From Allorhizobium sp. (GTDB lineage Bacteria; Pseudomonadota; Alphaproteobacteria; Rhizobiales; Rhizobiaceae): a DNA stretch of 64,000 nucleotides. A program made the translations under genes and the position numbers. Shown here piece after piece: positions 62,942-64,000 of the stretch (within the stretch, counting starts at the first letter, position 1; the number at the start of each line of letters is the position of its first letter). Under the pieces are notes generated by a model. That model did no database searches. It saw nothing but the letters and a program-made list of their open reading frames with translations, and was not told the DNA's origin. Location: the NCBI GenBank assembly GCA_051861045.1, contig JBHYDI010000007.1:87722-151721 (forward strand), written 5' to 3'.

Positions 62942-63714
62942 CAGCGGTAGAGCCATCCTCGACAGGTCCTACCCTGTCCTCGTCCATCGCGGTCAGCATG
63001 AAGGGTGTCGAGAAACGGTATGGAACGTTTCGTGCCCTGAATGGGATCGATCTCGATGTGCGACGTGGCGAGAAGATCGTCGTATGCGGTCCTTCCGGTT
63101 CAGGTAAATCAACGCTCATCCGTTGCATTAACCGTCTGGAGCCGCATGATGCAGGAACGATCGTCGTCAATGGCATAGAGCTCGACGGTTCACGAGCGAC
63201 CACACAGGATGTCCGCATCGAAGTGGGAATGGTGTTTCAGCAGTTCAATCTGTTTCCGCATCTGACAATCCTCGAGAATTGTACACTTGCCCCGCGCTTG
63301 GCCCGAGGTGCAACAATTGAGGCCGCCGAGCGGATTGCGAGACGCTTTCTGGATCGTGTGCAAATCGGGGATCAGGCCAATAAGTATCCGAGCCAGCTCT
63401 CGGGGGGGCAACAGCAACGCGTAGCGATTGCAAGGGCTTTGTGTATGGAGCCGCGGATTATGCTTTTTGACGAGCCGACTTCATCACTGGACCCCGAGAT
63501 GATCAAGGAGGTCCTGCAGGTGATGGAGGACCTGACCAATGATGGACTGACCATGATCTGCGTGACCCATGAGATGGGTTTCGCCCGTCGGGTCGCCGAT
63601 CGATGCATCTTCATGGACAAAGGGGAAATCGTAGAATCGGGGTCGGCCGAAAGTTTTTTCGAGGCTCCACGGAGCGACAGGTTGAAGACCTTTCTGTCGC
63701 AGGTCCTGCATTGA
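62938..63714 (+). CDS. polar amino acid ABC ATP-binding protein
   Basis: GPSGSGKST, VFQQFNLFPH, LSGGQQQRVAIARAL, FDEPTSSLDPE, VTHE. Confidence 0.96.
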   Translation: MTAVEPSSTGPTLSSSIAVSMKGVEKRYGTFRALNGIDLDVRRGEKIVVCGPSGSGKSTLIRCINRLEPHDAGTIVVNGIELDGSRATTQDVRIEVGMVFQQFNLFPHLTILENCTLAPRLARGATIEAAERIARRFLDRVQIGDQANKYPSQLSGGQQQRVAIARALCMEPRIMLFDEPTSSLDPEMIKEVLQVMEDLTNDGLTMICVTHEMGFARRVADRCIFMDKGEIVESGSAESFFEAPRSDRLKTFLSQVLH

Positions 63715-63869
63715 CAGATAGCCATTGATTGCTGCGTTTGACTGCAGTCTCTGTCACGGCGACTTGAGACATCTGAACCGCACCGGGCGCCGCGAGATCA
63801 GTTTGACATCAAGACGTTTACGCCACAGGACTGGGGCTGCCGAAAGACAGTTTAGACATGGGTGGCAGA

Positions 63870-64000
63870 ATGAGCGGTAATCAATATTTTTCGCAGGTTG
63901 GCGGGCTTCCGCCGCAGACACAGACACTCTCCAGCAAGGCCGTCTTTACGACAGCCTATGCCGTGATCCCGAAGACGGTGATGAGCGATATCGTCACCAG
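63870..64000 (+). CDS. allE: (S)-ureidoglycine aminohydrolase (cupin), N-terminal fragment running off the window
   Basis: MSGNQYFSQVGGLPPQTQTLSSKAVFTTAYAVIPKTVMSDIVT resembles the proteobacterial YlbA/AllE N-terminus (GG.P.Q....A.FTEAYA.IP...M.DIVTS); only 43 codons visible. Confidence 0.65.
   Translation, partial: MSGNQYFSQVGGLPPQTQTLSSKAVFTTAYAVIPKTVMSDIVT

Overview
High-GC alphaproteobacterial chromosome segment, Rhizobiaceae-like by gene content and order; the taxon is an inference. About 1-32.4 kb is mostly core: fadA/fadB, an SLC5-fused hybrid kinase, mscL, an aminotransferase, galE, katG/oxyR, tRNA-Thr, murA-DUF2948-hisD-UPF0262-LMW phosphatase-infA-maf-yacG and tRNA-Phe. Two accessory-looking blocks interrupt it: GDPD/GH32/truncated pyruvate kinase, and AraC/secreted serine hydrolase/two-adaptor RND pump/TetR. 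From the tRNA-Phe 3' end (32414) to the window end lies an eroded, island-like region with no integrase. It holds an IS256 scar, an orphan ParA, and a complete second chemosensory operon headed by a REC-HD-GYP phosphodiesterase, preceded by a perfect CtrA box and ending in an unusual MCP-like protein with a CheZ-like motif. These are followed by AraC, a tctA scar and MATE+DMT transporters. The last block is a large flavin-dependent oxidative catabolic locus: LysR behind a perfect sigma54 promoter, three NtaA/DmoA-family monooxygenases, a luciferase-like monooxygenase, two flavin reductases, a stand-alone RibB, a polar-amino-acid ABC importer with two binding proteins, and the start of an ureidoglycine aminohydrolase. 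That last locus is the best candidate for an undescribed system; its substrate cannot be read from sequence. All family calls are from motifs recognised by eye; no searches were run.
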